Assembly: GCF_009914755.1 (NCBI RefSeq)
Contig: NC_060926.1
Source of the DNA: the human T2T-CHM13v2.0 reference genome, Homo sapiens
Strand: one strand, 5' to 3'
DNA length: 64,000 nt
In this document: piece after piece, positions 40,011 through 54,007 of the stretch
How positions within the stretch are numbered: the first letter of the stretch is position 1
How the letters are laid out: each line of letters opens with the position of its first letter
The notes under the pieces: generated by a model
Seen by the model: only the letters and a program-made list of their open reading frames with translations
Databases searched by the model: none
What the model was told of the DNA's origin: nothing
Translations under genes and position numbers: made by a program

Positions 40011-43000
40011 CATTTTTATCCCAGATCCTTCACTGGCTTCCAAGTCATTAATAAAAAATGCAACAGATAAAAATCCTTATCACCTATTAATTTGCTTCTC
40101 TATCTCGTACCCTTTCATCTCTAAGAACACGAGTAATCTGTGAGACCAATTATAGATTTAAAGGATATATTAAGTCATAAAAAAGTGGAAAAGGCAGGCC
40201 CTTGGATGAGGAAGCTAAGGATATCTTGAACCAAAGGACACATTTAAGCTCAATTGAAATCAAAGGTGCACTTTCCTGGTTGATGTGATGTATTGCAAGA
40301 TGAATATTTCAGATAAATTGCTCAACCAGTGTTCAGTTTTATTCTGCAGGCTCAAGATCTGCTTTTGATTAAGTACAAATAATGTCTTCATTTTTATCCT
40401 CATATACTTTTCTTAACTTACTCACATCTCCAAAGCTTATAGGGCTAGGTGGTCAGAAAAGGAAACAGGATAAATGAAAGGATAGTATTTTATTTCCACC
40501 TCTTAATTCTTTTGAGACCTGACAGCAAATTTTAGAATGTCCCATATGTAGATGATCATGAAAATTTTCCTACTATGTATTTGTTATTCCCACTTATTGG
40601 ATCTCCATCATCTGCCATTATCATGACATTGATCAGCCAGGGGCAAGCCAGAAAGAATGCCAAGTCTCTTAGGGGTTGTAACAAACCCCACAAGAGTCTA
40701 TTCAATGGCAATATTTTCTCACTGTCCTTCTGTTTTCCTTGGCAACTCCATCAGGCAACATAACTCTGGAGAACTCCAAGAAAAAAAAGCTATTGAAAAA
40801 GTGTCCCCGTGACCATAGTTGCCATGTTGCATCTTCACATAATGCACTACATATTCATATCTCTGGTAGTTAATTCTGACAAAGCTCTCTAAATATATTG
40901 AAGCTGGTGTGCAGCTCATAAGCTAAAATATTAAAATTTTAATAGCCTTCCATGCATTCTCAAATATGAGCATGCTGTATACTTTGATTTCCTTTGTAAG
41001 AGTTACAGTCTCTGAGCAATAATCTGCCATCTAATTTACATTTTTATAATGTGTCATAGATAAGAAAATATTCTCCCTCAAGTCTATGTATCTTTCTCTT
41101 CTGAATTGTTTTTTGTACTGTGTAAGGAGCTACAGATTTTATAAAATAATTGGGGCCGAAGAGAAGAACCTATACTATTTCTACAAAATACCTAATTTTG
41201 CCACTAAAGAATTGTGAGGCATCCTGCCATGACAGAATTACCTATACTGGGTCAGAAATATTCCTTAACTTTGCTCATTTATTCTACTAACCTGATTAAT
41301 ATGGAAGTCTTTTTAAATGTATAAATTTACATTGGCCCCATTTTTCATTTATGCACTGTTCTTTTGAAAGTACTAAATATACCATAATAACATCTCTTAA
41401 AATGAAACCACCAATCTCCATTTGCCCTTAAAAATTGTCAGGCTTTTCCACTTCCCATTTTCACTAAATATTTGTAATACCTTTGAATAGTGCATCTGGA
41501 ATATAAAGTACATCTCAAAACTGTACTATGGTTTAAATGTAAAAGTAAGGTGAAGTTGAAGTGATGATAATTCCAGTTAATATATAAATGTTTGAAGAAT
41601 AGTTAAATAGTCCTAGAAAACAATGTGGTCATTAACAGAATAATGGGAGATAAATCTCAAAACACAGAATAAGACTAGATTATTTAAGGTCCTAATCAAT
41701 GTTGATGAAACTGTCAAGTTACTTTACAAAGCACAAAGCCAGAAAGTCAGAAGAGATTAAGCTAATACAACATGTATTTCCTGGGGACAATAGGGGACTT
41801 CTGCCTCAGCAGGCCAGGTTTTGACCATTTACCTGCTTGGCAATGTATCTTTTCTCTATAAACAAGTATCTGTAAGAGTCAATAGGAAAACATGGTACAG
41901 CAAAAAGACAGAGAGAAATTTTGATATGTTCAATACCATTACATATATATTTAATTTGGGGAAGGTTATGAAAAAATATTCATGCTATGTAGTAATAGTC
42001 CTGTTAGAGATTTATGAGTGCCCTAAGTAAAAAAGAAAAAGTTACATCATCTTGTTCCTTGAAAGTGTATGTAGTATACAGTCATTCACTTAGACCTGGT
42101 GATAGGCCACTTATTTTCTCTGCTCCTAAGGAACAGGTAGTTACGAAGTCTGCTCAGACATTTGAAACATTTAAAAAAGAGACTTTACTAACAGCAGTAT
42201 TAAGTGTGGACTATATCTAAGTATAATTTAATGACTAGGAAATCAAGAGATATGCTTGAAATCCTCTTCCAACTGATATCAACTTAGCACTTTTTCATCT
42301 TTCATTTATTGCTTTGTAAAATAAAATGTATTAATCAACGTAACGCCCCCGAAGGTAAAGGGAGCCTCTCCTGATAATTGACCAAAAATTTTTCTAAAGG
42401 TAGTGTGTCACTGCCGTTGTGATGTTTTGTTTTGTTTTACTATTACAAACAATCTTAATATTAGCCCACCTGAGAAAGATATCAGGATGGTATAAGAGCC
42501 AGAACTATGAATTTACACATATAGATAAATTAAGAAGTATAAATTCAAATTTGGAGACTATGCCAAAAACTTTACTCCCTGGGATTTTCTATCAAAGATT
42601 TCAGCTCTAGCAGAAATACTTATCATTTTAAAACTAATTACGGCAATAGTATGGAGAATACAGCTGCCAGTTCACCATAGGTTGATCATGTTCATTTTCT
42701 TTTATTTTCTAGAATCTAGGCATTGACAAGTTAGGTCTTATATAATAATTATATGTAGACATATTTTTATTACAAAATTCTCAGTGCTATGATCTGGTCA
42801 CTGGTAAAATTTAGGTATTCTTAGTGTAGTCAATAACTTGATAATTGTATGAAATAGATAAAATGTAATAATCAGCACAAATAAGAACCCATGAAAGTAC
42901 CAGGTAGACCATAAGAATATTGAGAATGAAATTATTGCATCATATTTAACACTTTGAGGGACATAGCTTGTGTAAAATCCAGATTCTTGTTGGTGGATAC

Positions 43001-44149
43001 ACAAGAAATGGGGGACTATCTTTGATAGAATACTCATGGTTTTGAGGCTTGACACTTAAAAAAACAAATTTCCACTTTACAACATGTACAGAAAGTCAAC
43101 TCTTCACGCCTCCCTTCCTATATCTGAAGGGAATGTGAGTGGGACTAGCCTTCTTCCCATTTGGAATTTATCACCAAAGTTTCTGCCTTCCAATGGCTTC
43201 ATCCCACATTAAAAGTTGCCCTGGTGGTCCATGTTCATTTAAATTCAAGTGCCCTTAAAGAAGGGCTCCTCCAAGAATTTGAAGATGTGGATGAGTAAGA
43301 TTCAACCACGGCTGAAGCTCTGCTCTCTGATCATTCTCATGCAGGGCCTATTTGTCTTTTCATTTCTGAAATAGGAAGTGAAGATCAGAAGAAACACAAG
43401 CATGTTCTCCCAGGAAGACAGTTGGTACCCCCCCTCACTTCCAGTGTTTACAGGTCCCTTTCTCCAAACAATGGTGATTTATTCATCTTCTGCTGAAATA
43501 AGATGCATTTGCAGTGGCATAATTAATCTCTTGGATAATGAATGTTCTCCTCTTGTTTGATGGCATTGCTTCCTCTATTTGACAGTTTTACTGTTCACAA
43601 ACATTTTAGGTGGTCTTCAATTTTATCAGTTTACCTTATTTTCCATTTTCTCTCTCTACTTCAGTTATGGGAAGTCATCATTCTAGATATTTCACTATAT
43701 TGTTTCTCTACTGCCACCTATAAAATCCTCTCTTTCTTTGGAAGGAGTAGAGGATGAAGGTAATGTAAAGAAACTATGAAAGGTCTCATGCTGTTATGAA
43801 TTATCTATCTGTACAAACTGAAGTTTTTATTCTTACTTTACAAAGTGTGAATATTAACCTTGCCAGAGACATTACATAGCTTGCTCAAGGAGTTATAAAA
43901 GAATGGGAAGGTGGCTGAGCCACTGTTTAAAGCTGAGTTTGATTCTTAAGTCCATGGTCTATTACATTCTCTTGTGATTTTGTGTTCTCTATGGACTCTA
44001 GAATATCATCTCACTAAAGGATGGCAACTGGGACAGAGAACAAAAGTAACAAGTTTTATCATGTCCCAGCTTTGAACAAGACTGGTTCTACACTTGACCA
44101 TATTGGCCTACAAACTCTAATTTGAGAGTTAGCAAAGGCATCCTTGAGG

Positions 44150-44718
44150 TGTCTTTTCTTTCCTATACCTCCGCTTATTTAGACACAGACATAGGACTCC
44201 AATCCCCTATACGTGTGGTCTGTAATCCAGGCTGATAATATTGCATCTCCCTAGCCATGATGATTGGTCCCCAGTGGGCTCTTGAGCCAAGCCAAGGTAA
44301 TTAGAATCCTACTCTAGGACATTTTTACTGCAATTGCAGGGAAATACCTCATTTAGATCATAGAATTCCAGCTGGCCACATTCCCAGTCTATGGCAAAAG
44401 TCTGTCAGCTTTGATGGCAATGTATAACATTTTAAAAACAATAAAGGTAGCATGAAGGAGAACATAGTTTCCAGTTCACCATGGGAATACAGCACAGATG
44501 AGGAAGCAGGAGAGAGGAAGCCAGGAAGAGAACAATAGAAGGATAGGCAGAAAGAGATAAAATGAGCTAACAGCTGTGATTTCCTGCATTTAGTTGCCCT
44601 GAAACTCCATGTCTGTCCTGTTTTTGTTATATGAGCCAAAAAACAAATTTTTTCCCCAAAAGTAGTTTAATTGGGTTTCTGGTATGCTATGTTTTTGCAC
44701 CAAAGATTTCTAATATAC
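44150..44718 (+). mobile_element. Old MLT1-family LTR (diverged)
   Basis: tgattggtcc..gagccaagccaagg..agaatcc; MLT1-like end ttatatgagccaaaaaac..gtttaattgggtttctg..tgcaccaaaga..taatatac. Left boundary uncertain. Confidence 0.5.
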
Positions 44719-44745
44719 GTAGCACTCCAAATTACTATATGCCAT

Positions 44746-44850
44746 CTTCATCATTATACAATTCATCCATGTAACCGAAGACCACTCATACCCCTGAAAC
44801 TACTTAAATAAAAAGCAAAGCAAAACAGAACAAAAACAAATAAACAAAAA
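44746..44850 (+). mobile_element. Extremely 5'-truncated L1 (L1PB4/L1MA1-like 3' tip plus tail)
   Basis: cttcatcattatacaattcatccatgtaaccgaagaccactcatacccctgaaactacttaaataaaaa, then an A-rich tail; TSD tatatgccat (44736-44745 / 44851-44860). Confidence 0.85.
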
Positions 44851-45039
44851 TATATGCCATGATAGGACTTATATTCTTATCACTAGTCTCCTCTCTGGTT
44901 ATGGGACTGGAGGCTAAGGTGAAATATAAATATGTCTTGCATCACCTTTTAAAAGGGTTAAATATGAAAGGAACGGTGGCCTTTTAGCACCCTAAACAAA
45001 ACACTTGTCTTAGCATATGGCAGCTAGGCAATGATACAA

Positions 45040-45140
45040 ACTCTGCTGGCAATCGTCTATGTTACTTTGGGCATGTAACATCTGTGCTTCAGTTTTCCCA
45101 TATATAAAATGAGGAGAATTGTCTTAACTATAGCAACTCT
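45040..45140 (+). mobile_element. MIR fragment
   Basis: tatgttactttgggcatgtaacatctgtgcttcagttttcccatatataaaatgagga. Confidence 0.6.
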
Positions 45141-45844
45141 TCCAGCTGTACTATTCGATTACTCTAAAACATGGAAGCCTTCTCAGATTAGCTTCAGTCA
45201 TTTAACCATGGTTCAGGAATGTTCTGAAACATGTGGCATGAGCAACAAAAGAAAGGCTAGAGAGACTGGACCAAGCCTTAGGTTGGTACCAGCCTCATGA
45301 GTACAGAGTCCAGTGTCCATGCTGCAGGGAGGATGGCACCGGGGACCACAGATAGAGTAGGGCTGGGAAGAGGAGATGGAGGAGCTCCTGGAGATGAGCT
45401 GTATGCTATGGATACTCTGTTGTGTGATATTGTCAGTTCTCTGGGGTTGTGGAGTGGAGGGTAACTATAAGGTTTGTTTTGTTCATAGGCTCTGGCTTGC
45501 TTATGTGAGGTCAATAATACTTTATAATTTTCATTGAAACTTATCTATGAAAGAATTGGTTTCCCCCAGTGACCACAAATTATATTTTCTCAAATGCAAT
45601 ACTATACCTGCATTAGTATAGTATTATTCTCCTGCAGGTATAGTATTATTCTCCTTTGTATAATAAATGCATGAAAATATATTCTTGTCCCCTTGGGCTA
45701 TTCGTATTTTAAGAAAATACACACTTCAATGTGATATGGTTTCAACTATACTATTGTAGTAAATATTTTCATTCTCACAACAGCATACTCTAATTCAGGT
45801 ACTTTGGACCATGATGACACACAGCTGAGTGGAGGGTTTTTGGC

Positions 45845-46075
45845 GCAGTGAAAGACAACGTTATTGACCTTTGGAGTCAGATAAATTTGATTCCCAGCTC
45901 TACCACCTATTATCTTATAAACTCAGGCCTGTTATCTTATAAACTAAGGTCTTAGTAACTCTACATCTATTTTCTCATATGTAGTATGTGGATTATAAGT
46001 CGCACCACATAGGGGTGCTTTGAGAATGAACTCAGATGACTGATACACAATAGGCGCTTATGTATGTTAATTTTC
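45845..46075 (+). mobile_element. MIR containing a 22-bp tandem duplication (45906-45952)
   Basis: gcagtgaaaga..ctttggagtcagataaatttgattcccagctctaccac..cataggggtgctttgagaatgaa..acacaataggcgct. Confidence 0.65.
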
Positions 46076-48570
46076 TTCCAAATAGTCAAACCTGGATTAC
46101 TGCATAAGGCCTGTTACTGGGTTGTTTTTCTTGTTTTTATTAAGAAGATTCCATTTTTTAAATGTTTCCTTAATTCAGCTTAGAAAGATCTTGATTAAGT
46201 CATTTCTGTCTTCACTTAATTAGGTCAATCATTAAGTTGTTCTCCAGATTTTAGGAACAGTATTAACAACCAAGCATATGCAAGCTCCCAAATCAGACAT
46301 TCAGATGGGTTCCTTTTGATTTACTTTTAATTGAAATACTCCCTAGTCTTCTAGGAAACTCAGAGATAAAAAGATTCAGGATGATTCTGCTTTTCTCTAT
46401 ATTGCTCAGATTCTAACCATTAGGATGCATTGAGATTGGATCTTGGCTCTTTAGGAAGGAAACAGATAATCACACCATGAAACCCTTACCTTGATGTAAT
46501 AGAATGGAAAACGGGTGGAAGTTTAAAAAAGTTGGACTGATAACTCTTTAAAAGAGATAATTAGTGTACTTTCAAAACAATCTTTGAAGGATGTAGTAGT
46601 GTAATTTAACTTTACTATTAATCAGTTATTTTTTTCCCTTTTTAACAAAGCACAGAAACAGGGAGCAACTGTCATTATATGAAAGGAACATTTGAAGCTT
46701 GATAATTACAAATACTTATGATATCAAGGTCAATTAGTTCTGAATGAAATAGTCACAGCAATCATAGAACTTCTTATTTTAGCTGTGATATTACAAAATA
46801 TTATATTTGTGTTTCTGTTTTCAGAACACTTTCATATTAATCCTTATATAACAATGAACCTTCAAAATGGGTGTTATTTTCCCCATCTTAAATGATAGAA
46901 ACCAAGGCTTGACAGAGATTTGAATTCAGAGTAGAATCCTGGATACAAATCTGTTAGGGATTTGGGGGACTTTGGAAGAATGGCCATCTGAACATACTTT
47001 AGCTGCCCTTTGTTTCAGTTTGAACCCATCTGAGCTAACTAGTTATTTAGCACCTGGGGCTTGCAGAATAGATGCCCTGGTCACTTGCTCCATAGCAAGT
47101 AGGTCAGCTGCAAAGTCTTCACACAGCAGCTTGTGACAAATGCAGATTCCCAATGCAATCTATGAATCGGAACTTGCACTATAGCAAGATCATTCACTAG
47201 ACTTGCTTGCATATTAAAGCTGTAGAAACTTGCCTTAGAAAGCAAAACTGAGGCCATAAGTATTGGAGAACCTGAGGACAGCATCATATGTCCCAGGATG
47301 AGGAATAGAAACTCGCTTATATTAAAAAGTGTTTGACCTTGGATATTCTTAAGATCTGTGGGAGCTTGGCTCCCAGGGCACTGAGGAGAAACTAAAAAAG
47401 CTAAAGTAATTCCTCTCTACCTCGAGTTTTAAGAGCTTGAAATAACATGGATGCAGAAGATGAACTCCTGGTATTTTTGACAGGGTATTCACATCCTGGC
47501 TGCTGCCATTCTGCTACCTCACAGAGGAAGAAAGCATGGTCCCTTCCACCATTTGTGGAATGGACTGTGCCTCTGCTTGCAATACTGCAATAGCTGGACA
47601 GGAGCCCCTGTAAGCAGCCAAAGAAAATGGTTTCCCTAGGACACTTTTTGGCCCTCCGCTTAAGGGAGCCCTGTAGCCAGACACACTCAAAACAAGCCTC
47701 AAATGAAATAGTGTGGTGTCCAGAAAGCACACTAGGTGTATTAGGAAAAAAATGGCATGATGGATAGAAAATATCATAAGAGCCTATTAGTGCTTTAAAA
47801 AACAAATCAGCATTACGTTATGCCTAAATGTAAAATATAAACATTTTGAACATATAGTATTAATAGCTCATGAATGGATTTTTACAGAACTTAGTGGTAA
47901 GAGCCAAAAATCTGACACCTCCCTCACTGTAAATTGGTAAGCTCCCCTTAATACTTTGTCTCATGCCCTAGTGATTTGATGGCAAAATTATCACTTTCAG
48001 TAATTGTCATTACTTTTGTAAATGAATCTCTGAATATTCCTATTGTAGAATTTATCATTTGTTTACAACACAATTATCTCAACTCCAAATATGTGTTGCT
48101 ATCTAATGATATTATTCCACTTTGACATAGATCAGTTGGATTAAGGACATGATTCCAACTCGTGTGACATTTTCTTTAATTCTCTTATTCTTCCTCGTAT
48201 CTGTTATTTTCTGGGTCTCCTATCCTTCCAGGATTAGAGCGGCATCCCAGTCTCCAAAGTGGGCCTAGAAAATGTACTTGATTTATCCCTATTTGATCTC
48301 CGCTAAAGATAAAAGCTGTTCATCATTGTATTTAAAACAAATCAGTGAACAATCCTGACCTAATATGTTCTCTTTTCCTTGAAACACATGCATTTTAACA
48401 GATTTTAGTGATTTAACCTAAATCCATTCTTGAGAATTCAACATCATTTAGGATTAGTGGAAGGAATGTTCGGGATCATTGGATTTTGTATTCCTTCTCC
48501 CATTATCCGATTATACGTGTGGGTGATTTCCCTTTGCAGGCATGGCCAACTCTGATAATTCAAGCTCTTT

Positions 48571-48868
48571 TTTTTTTTTTTTTTTCTTTTTTGAGACAGA
48601 GTCTCACTCTGTTGCCAGAGCTAGAGTGTAAGTGGCATAAACAAGGTTTACTGTAGTCTCAAACTCCTGGGCTCAAGCTATCCTCTCACCTCAGTCAGCA
48701 ATTTGGTAGTTGAGACCACACGCATGTGCCACCACACCTGGCTAAGTTATAAAGGTTTTTTTTGTAGAGATGAGGCCTTACCATATTGCCCAAACTGGTC
48801 TTAAGCAATCCTTCCATCTTGGCCTCCCAAAGTGCTGGGATTACACGCATGAGCCACCACACCTAATC
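48571..48868 (-). mobile_element. AluJ
   Basis: Diverged dimer with T-tail and J-type positions (ctgtagtctcaaactcctgggctcaagc); TSD aattcaagctcttt / aatgcaagctcttt (48557-48570 / 48869-48882). Confidence 0.9.
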
Positions 48869-50544
48869 AATGCAAGCTCTTTTGACTTGCTATTTTATGT
48901 ATAACCTAGATCCCACTAAGTGAGTTTGTCCTTAGTACTACTTGTTACTTTTTTTTTTTTGAGTCCACATTCTGTTCACATTGTATTAACAAAGTGGGCA
49001 AAATGCAAAAATGAGAAGCTTTATTATATTTATGTTGTTTTATAATACTTTACAAAGTTTTGTGATTTCGGCTAATAATGTGTTAATTTTAGAGACAATC
49101 ACAGTTAAGTACAATTTCTGGAATTATATTGTCTAATCCAATATTTTTCAAAAATGGACAAAGAGTGCATCAATATTTTTATAAAAGAGAAAAACTAAGT
49201 TAACATTCTAAAGTTTGTATGAATATGCAAATCTCTCTCTCTTGCTAGTTATAATACCCATATTTCTCTGTATGTTGTTATTTTGGATAAGAACATCAAA
49301 ATAAATTTTAATTTATGGTTTTTTTTCCTATCACTTTACTTCAATGGCTCCTGAAGCATGACTTGCTGTCTATAACTGCAAAGTTATTGGTATTAACTCT
49401 TTGTCCCTTAAATCCATGAAAAATCATAGAATTGAATCCATTTTCAATGCAATCTGTCTTCCTAAACATTTTTCTCTATGATATCCATGATAGTCCATCT
49501 TCCCATATTACACAGAAAGGGAGGAATTTTAGGAACTGTGAATGATGTCTCCTGAACGCCAATCACTTGGAGATAGAATTTTATCTCTGCAGATACCACT
49601 AGCCCAGTAAAATGAAGAAAGAGGCTCAATGCCTAATCATGATCTGACTCAATTCCTGCAACCTGTTTATGAAAGTAGAAAGAACAGCGAGAGAGTGTAA
49701 AACCACAAGAAGGTCAAAGTACAAAAGTAGAACTCAAATAAATTATACTGAGAAGTTTTATTCTGGGCACTATATGAATACTGGAATACTTTTTAATGTA
49801 ACAAACATTTGGACTGCAGGAGAAATAAGAGTAAAAACTCTCCACAGAAAAAATGTTAGAATAAGTGCACTATTTTATCTTATACTTTTAAATCTGCTTT
49901 ATATATATGCAAACTTCCTTCTCTCTGAGGGGGTAACTTCTAGAAAGATTCTTACAAGATTGTCAGGAATTCATGCAAAAAAATAGTAATTTAAGTATTC
50001 AAATCTGTTGAATGCCTGCAATCTCTGTAGTTGACAGTATTTATGAAAGGATAAGAACATTGCTAAATTTGTAGTTGTTTTAAAATTATTAGTATAGTTT
50101 TAATATAAACTTATACTTCTTTATTTACCCCTCTCTACCCTGGGTCCTTGAGAAGAAGCAAGCCAAATGAGAATAAAAATGCAATATGAATTTGTTACTG
50201 TGAAGCTGGATTAAAGAAGGCATTAGAGGATTTTACATTTCTCCCTGATCCTGGACCTCCAAATCCATTCCTCATGCATGTCCTGTATTTAACCCTCCAG
50301 ATGCAGGACTGGAAGTGAGAGGATGCTGAGCTGCTGAAGACAATCCTACAGTAGTATGTCTGCTGTCTGGATGAAGAGGGGGCCATGTGCCTGGTACACC
50401 TGGCTACACACAGATTCAGGTATTACAACACTAGAAAAAAAATCTGTAAGAGGCTCCAGAAAATTTGCACTCAATGTTCTAAGTAAAATTATTTCAGCTG
50501 AAAGAGAGCCAAAGCCAGGATGTCCAGTTGTTAATTGGCATTTG

Positions 50545-50725
50545 TCCAAACTTGATCAAGGATCAAAATTACCTGGAGGCATAGCTAAAATACAGCTTAC
50601 AGTCCTCTCCCTATAAATTTTGCCTCAGTAGATTTGGGTTGAGAGTTGGGAATTTTAAAATTTATACTTTTTCCCTAATGTTCCAGCTACTTCTTAAGTC
50701 CAGGTGAGTGTTTGAGTCATTGCCA
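50545..50725. mobile_element. Possible MER5-type hAT DNA transposon relic
   Basis: atcaaaattacctggagg..taaaatacag..tcagtagatttgggttgagagttgggaattt..ttccc..tttgagtcattgcc resembles the MER5 layout. Confidence 0.45.
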
Positions 50726-50809
50726 CATTGATAAGAGGGAAAGCCTTACCAGTGGCAATAGATTAGGACATCTATTCAGTTTCAATTTGTGCAAGATTGG
50801 CCAAAGGTC

Positions 50810-50970
50810 TTTATTTTATTAAATTATTATCTTCATTTTGCAAATGAAGAGACTGAGGCACAGAGAAATTAAATTCACTCAAGGTGTCATAACAAGGAAT
50901 TAACATAATCAAAACTAAAATTCACTCTTGCCCACTTTATTCTGTCTCCCAGATGTGATTTTCATTATGC
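50810..50970 (-). mobile_element. MIR
   Basis: attattatcttcattttgcaaatgaagagactgaggcacagagaaattaaattcactcaaggt. Confidence 0.7.
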
Positions 50971-51184
50971 CATCAATACTTGTATTTATGAAATTGGAAA
51001 ATAAGGATACTGTTTGAAATAATATTCTTTTTAGTTTGGCAATTTTTAATGTTTTTGCTTCATAAACACATCTAGATTCTAAAATTGAAAGCTTCCGTAA
51101 TTTTAGAGTGAAAGTAATGCTAAGTATAAGAGGAAGGTCTCATCATGTATATTGGAAAGGTCTCATTGTGTATATTGAAAATCC

Positions 51185-51340
51185 TATCATCTGTTTCCAT
51201 GCTGAGCTGAAACAGAGTGATTTTCTGGCTGGCAGGCCATTTATCACTTTCCACCGGCCATCAATAATTGATTAGGGAGATTGGATTCTGCACAATGCAA
51301 ATCAGCTCATTTTTTTCAACACGGAATACAGTTTGTGTCA
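51185..51340. promoter_or_regulatory. Candidate enhancer (homeodomain/Sox/octamer motif cluster)
   Basis: TGATAAATGG (minus, 51237-46), TAATTGATTA (51265-74), reverse CCAAT (51280-84), ACAATG overlapping ATGCAAAT (51292-51302), all in non-repetitive DNA. Motif evidence only. Confidence 0.3.
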
Positions 51341-53659
51341 AAATGTGGTAACCCTTGAATCTCTCTGCTTACTCATCTTTGATACAATGCTGGAATTTTC
51401 ACTTACTCTTTTTTTTATCAGAAGAGAAAAGAAGAATTGGGCAGAAAGGAAAATAACCAGCTGGTTCTGTTTATGCTGATGCCTCTAAATTATTTGCATC
51501 TCACAATCTTTGTTTTTCCTTCTTACCTAAAAACAAAGAGAAAAAGGATGCTTTAGGTCAAGAAGCCAACCCCAGGATCTTTTTAAGGCAAAGCCTCCAG
51601 GCCATCTCTTTCATTCTCAGGAATGGAGTGAAGATTTGCAGACTGATAACTTTTCCCTTAAGGAACTATCACTATCATTTCTATCCCCTAACTTTCTATT
51701 TCTGCAAAACCCTGGTTGGTTGCAGAGTAGTACACAGTCTCTCCAGTTTCTGCAGTAAAGCTAAGTACACAGGTTATTTGGTTTAAAGGTCCACTGATCA
51801 TCATGGCAGAGAAACAGGAAATTAAAGTAATAAACATGAGCAAGCTACAATGATTATGGACTCTTAACAACTTCATTTTGTGATGCTTCAGGGTTTTTTG
51901 GTCCTGATTACTTTTTTAAAATAAAGGCAGGGAAGTGTTGTCTGCTGCTTTTTAGTTCTGCAGGCAGGGCTTAGCAAATTTCTCTCTTTTGGATCTGCAT
52001 TGAGAGAAAGCCCTTCCCTTTTTTATGGTGCCTCTGGAACAAATGCCTGAAGATTCAATTAATACAGAACAATAGGGACCTCCCTTTAGTCTCAAAGCTG
52101 GAAGTCTGCTAATGTGAGGCATCCCCATCAGAAGCACAAGCTGGAGAAGGAATGAGAACAGCTAGCACTGAGAGTCTGCGATGTGCCTGACTAGTCAAAG
52201 TGTTTTAAATGGAATAACTGATTAATTCCTTATAGCTGCTCTAGGAGGCAGGCATCTTCTCCAAGTTAGAGATGATGCAAATGAAGTAAGAGAGGTTTTA
52301 TACCTCAGTCATATCCAGTGCATGAACAAGGTTGGTGTGGACCTGGAGCCTGCACTCTCATACCACTGGGCATATCTCTATTGCTTCACTGACCACAAAC
52401 TTCACCCACTCTAGTGGCCCTGCTCTAAATATTGGGAGATCATCTTTTGACATTTTTTTCCCACTTGGCCAATTTTCCTATGATTGTACTGAGAGAAGTC
52501 CTCAACATTTATCATAAATTAATATATTTTCTATTTCCTCCAAAGACTTAAGTTCCTCCAATATGTTTGTGTATGTGATGCTGAGAATTAGTTGGTATGG
52601 GGCTGGGGTTGATGGCTTCTGGAAAACAAGATTTACATGGATTTTTTTTTCTGTCCTCCTCCCTTACACCTCCCTCTAGCTTTTTCTCTTTTTATGACAA
52701 GAGTGCCTGGAAGGAAATAATGCAACCACTACCAGCACCAGTATCAGCCAGGTCAGATCAAGACCAGCTGCAGCATTTAGTAATATAATTTTCTTACAAT
52801 CTCAGCAAAAATGATCTCTGTGTATAAATAATACAAAAAGAGAGGCTTAGCTTTTTTCAGAATATGCACCTTTAGAGAAATGAAAAAAAAACTTTTGAGC
52901 TGAAAGATTGCCTGAGGCTTTTAAAATAATTTCTTTCACTCACCTAGGAAGAAAAGAGACATTATATTATTACTTCCCTTTTTGTTCAGTTTTGATTTTA
53001 CAATATGACCAAGAGCCTATGCTCCCCCTTGATGCCCTCCTGTAACTGCCAATAATGTTAAAAGGACACATAAGTACTCTTCAAAGAGGTCAGGATGCTT
53101 CCCACCCCTGAACAATTGTGCAGGTGTACATATCCCCAACCTTCCTAACTTCCAGCTCCTCTTTGTGTGTGTGTGAGTGTGTGTGTGAATTTATACACAC
53201 AACATAACAAAGCTAATGACTGACACTGCACTTTGATGGAGTCAGACCTGTCTCCTGAGCTTTCTCTAGCAGAAACCTCAAGAAATGTCTGTTTCCTGTA
53301 CTTTTAAGAAAAAGGGAAAACATTCAGTGTTACAAAAACAACTTTGGGCATCTGAAAATGTAAACAGCAAAGGACAAATTAACTATGGTTGTGTTTTTTC
53401 ATTTATACAGTTGAAGTGTTTATAGAAACTCATATAAAATATAGAGTGAGATGAGTCTGAATTAACAACAGTTATGGGTTAACTTATGAGCAAAATATAA
53501 ATATCAAATACATTACACCTATAAGAAACACAGTGATATTGGAAAAATTAAATTGGGATGTAGAGGAAGCTTGGGTATGGTATGATGGAAAAAATATGAT
53601 TGAACACTCAATTAATGAATTTCCATTATCTACTGAAGCCAGTACTAAAAACTGAGGTA

Positions 53660-53995
53660 ACAGAAATGAAAGGTACAACACTTTCCCTGAAAGTGTTCAT
53701 GGACTTGTCAGAGAGGAAGACAAGAATATTAAAAATTGCAATGGTATATGATGAATGAGATACACATTATACATACATGTAACAGTCTCTAATTTAGGCC
53801 GAGAAGAAGAGGGAAAGATTTTTAAGAGAAGGAGACACTTGAGAAGATGTCTGCAAGAAAGAAGTGGACAAATACAAAGGGAAGAGGGCAGAGCATTCCA
53901 GGCAAAAGAAAAGCATCTGCGTAACTCCAGAGGCATTTCAGAGTAAAGTGCATTTGAAGAAAGCTTCAAATTACTGCCTGTAGTTAAACCTAGGC
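53660..53995 (-). mobile_element. L2 fragment, probably resuming at ~56010-56290
   Basis: gaaggagacacttgagaagatgtctgcaagaaagaagtgga..gggcagagcattccaggcaaaagaaaagcat. Confidence 0.6.
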
Positions 53996-54007
53996 TTACT
54001 GTATGAT

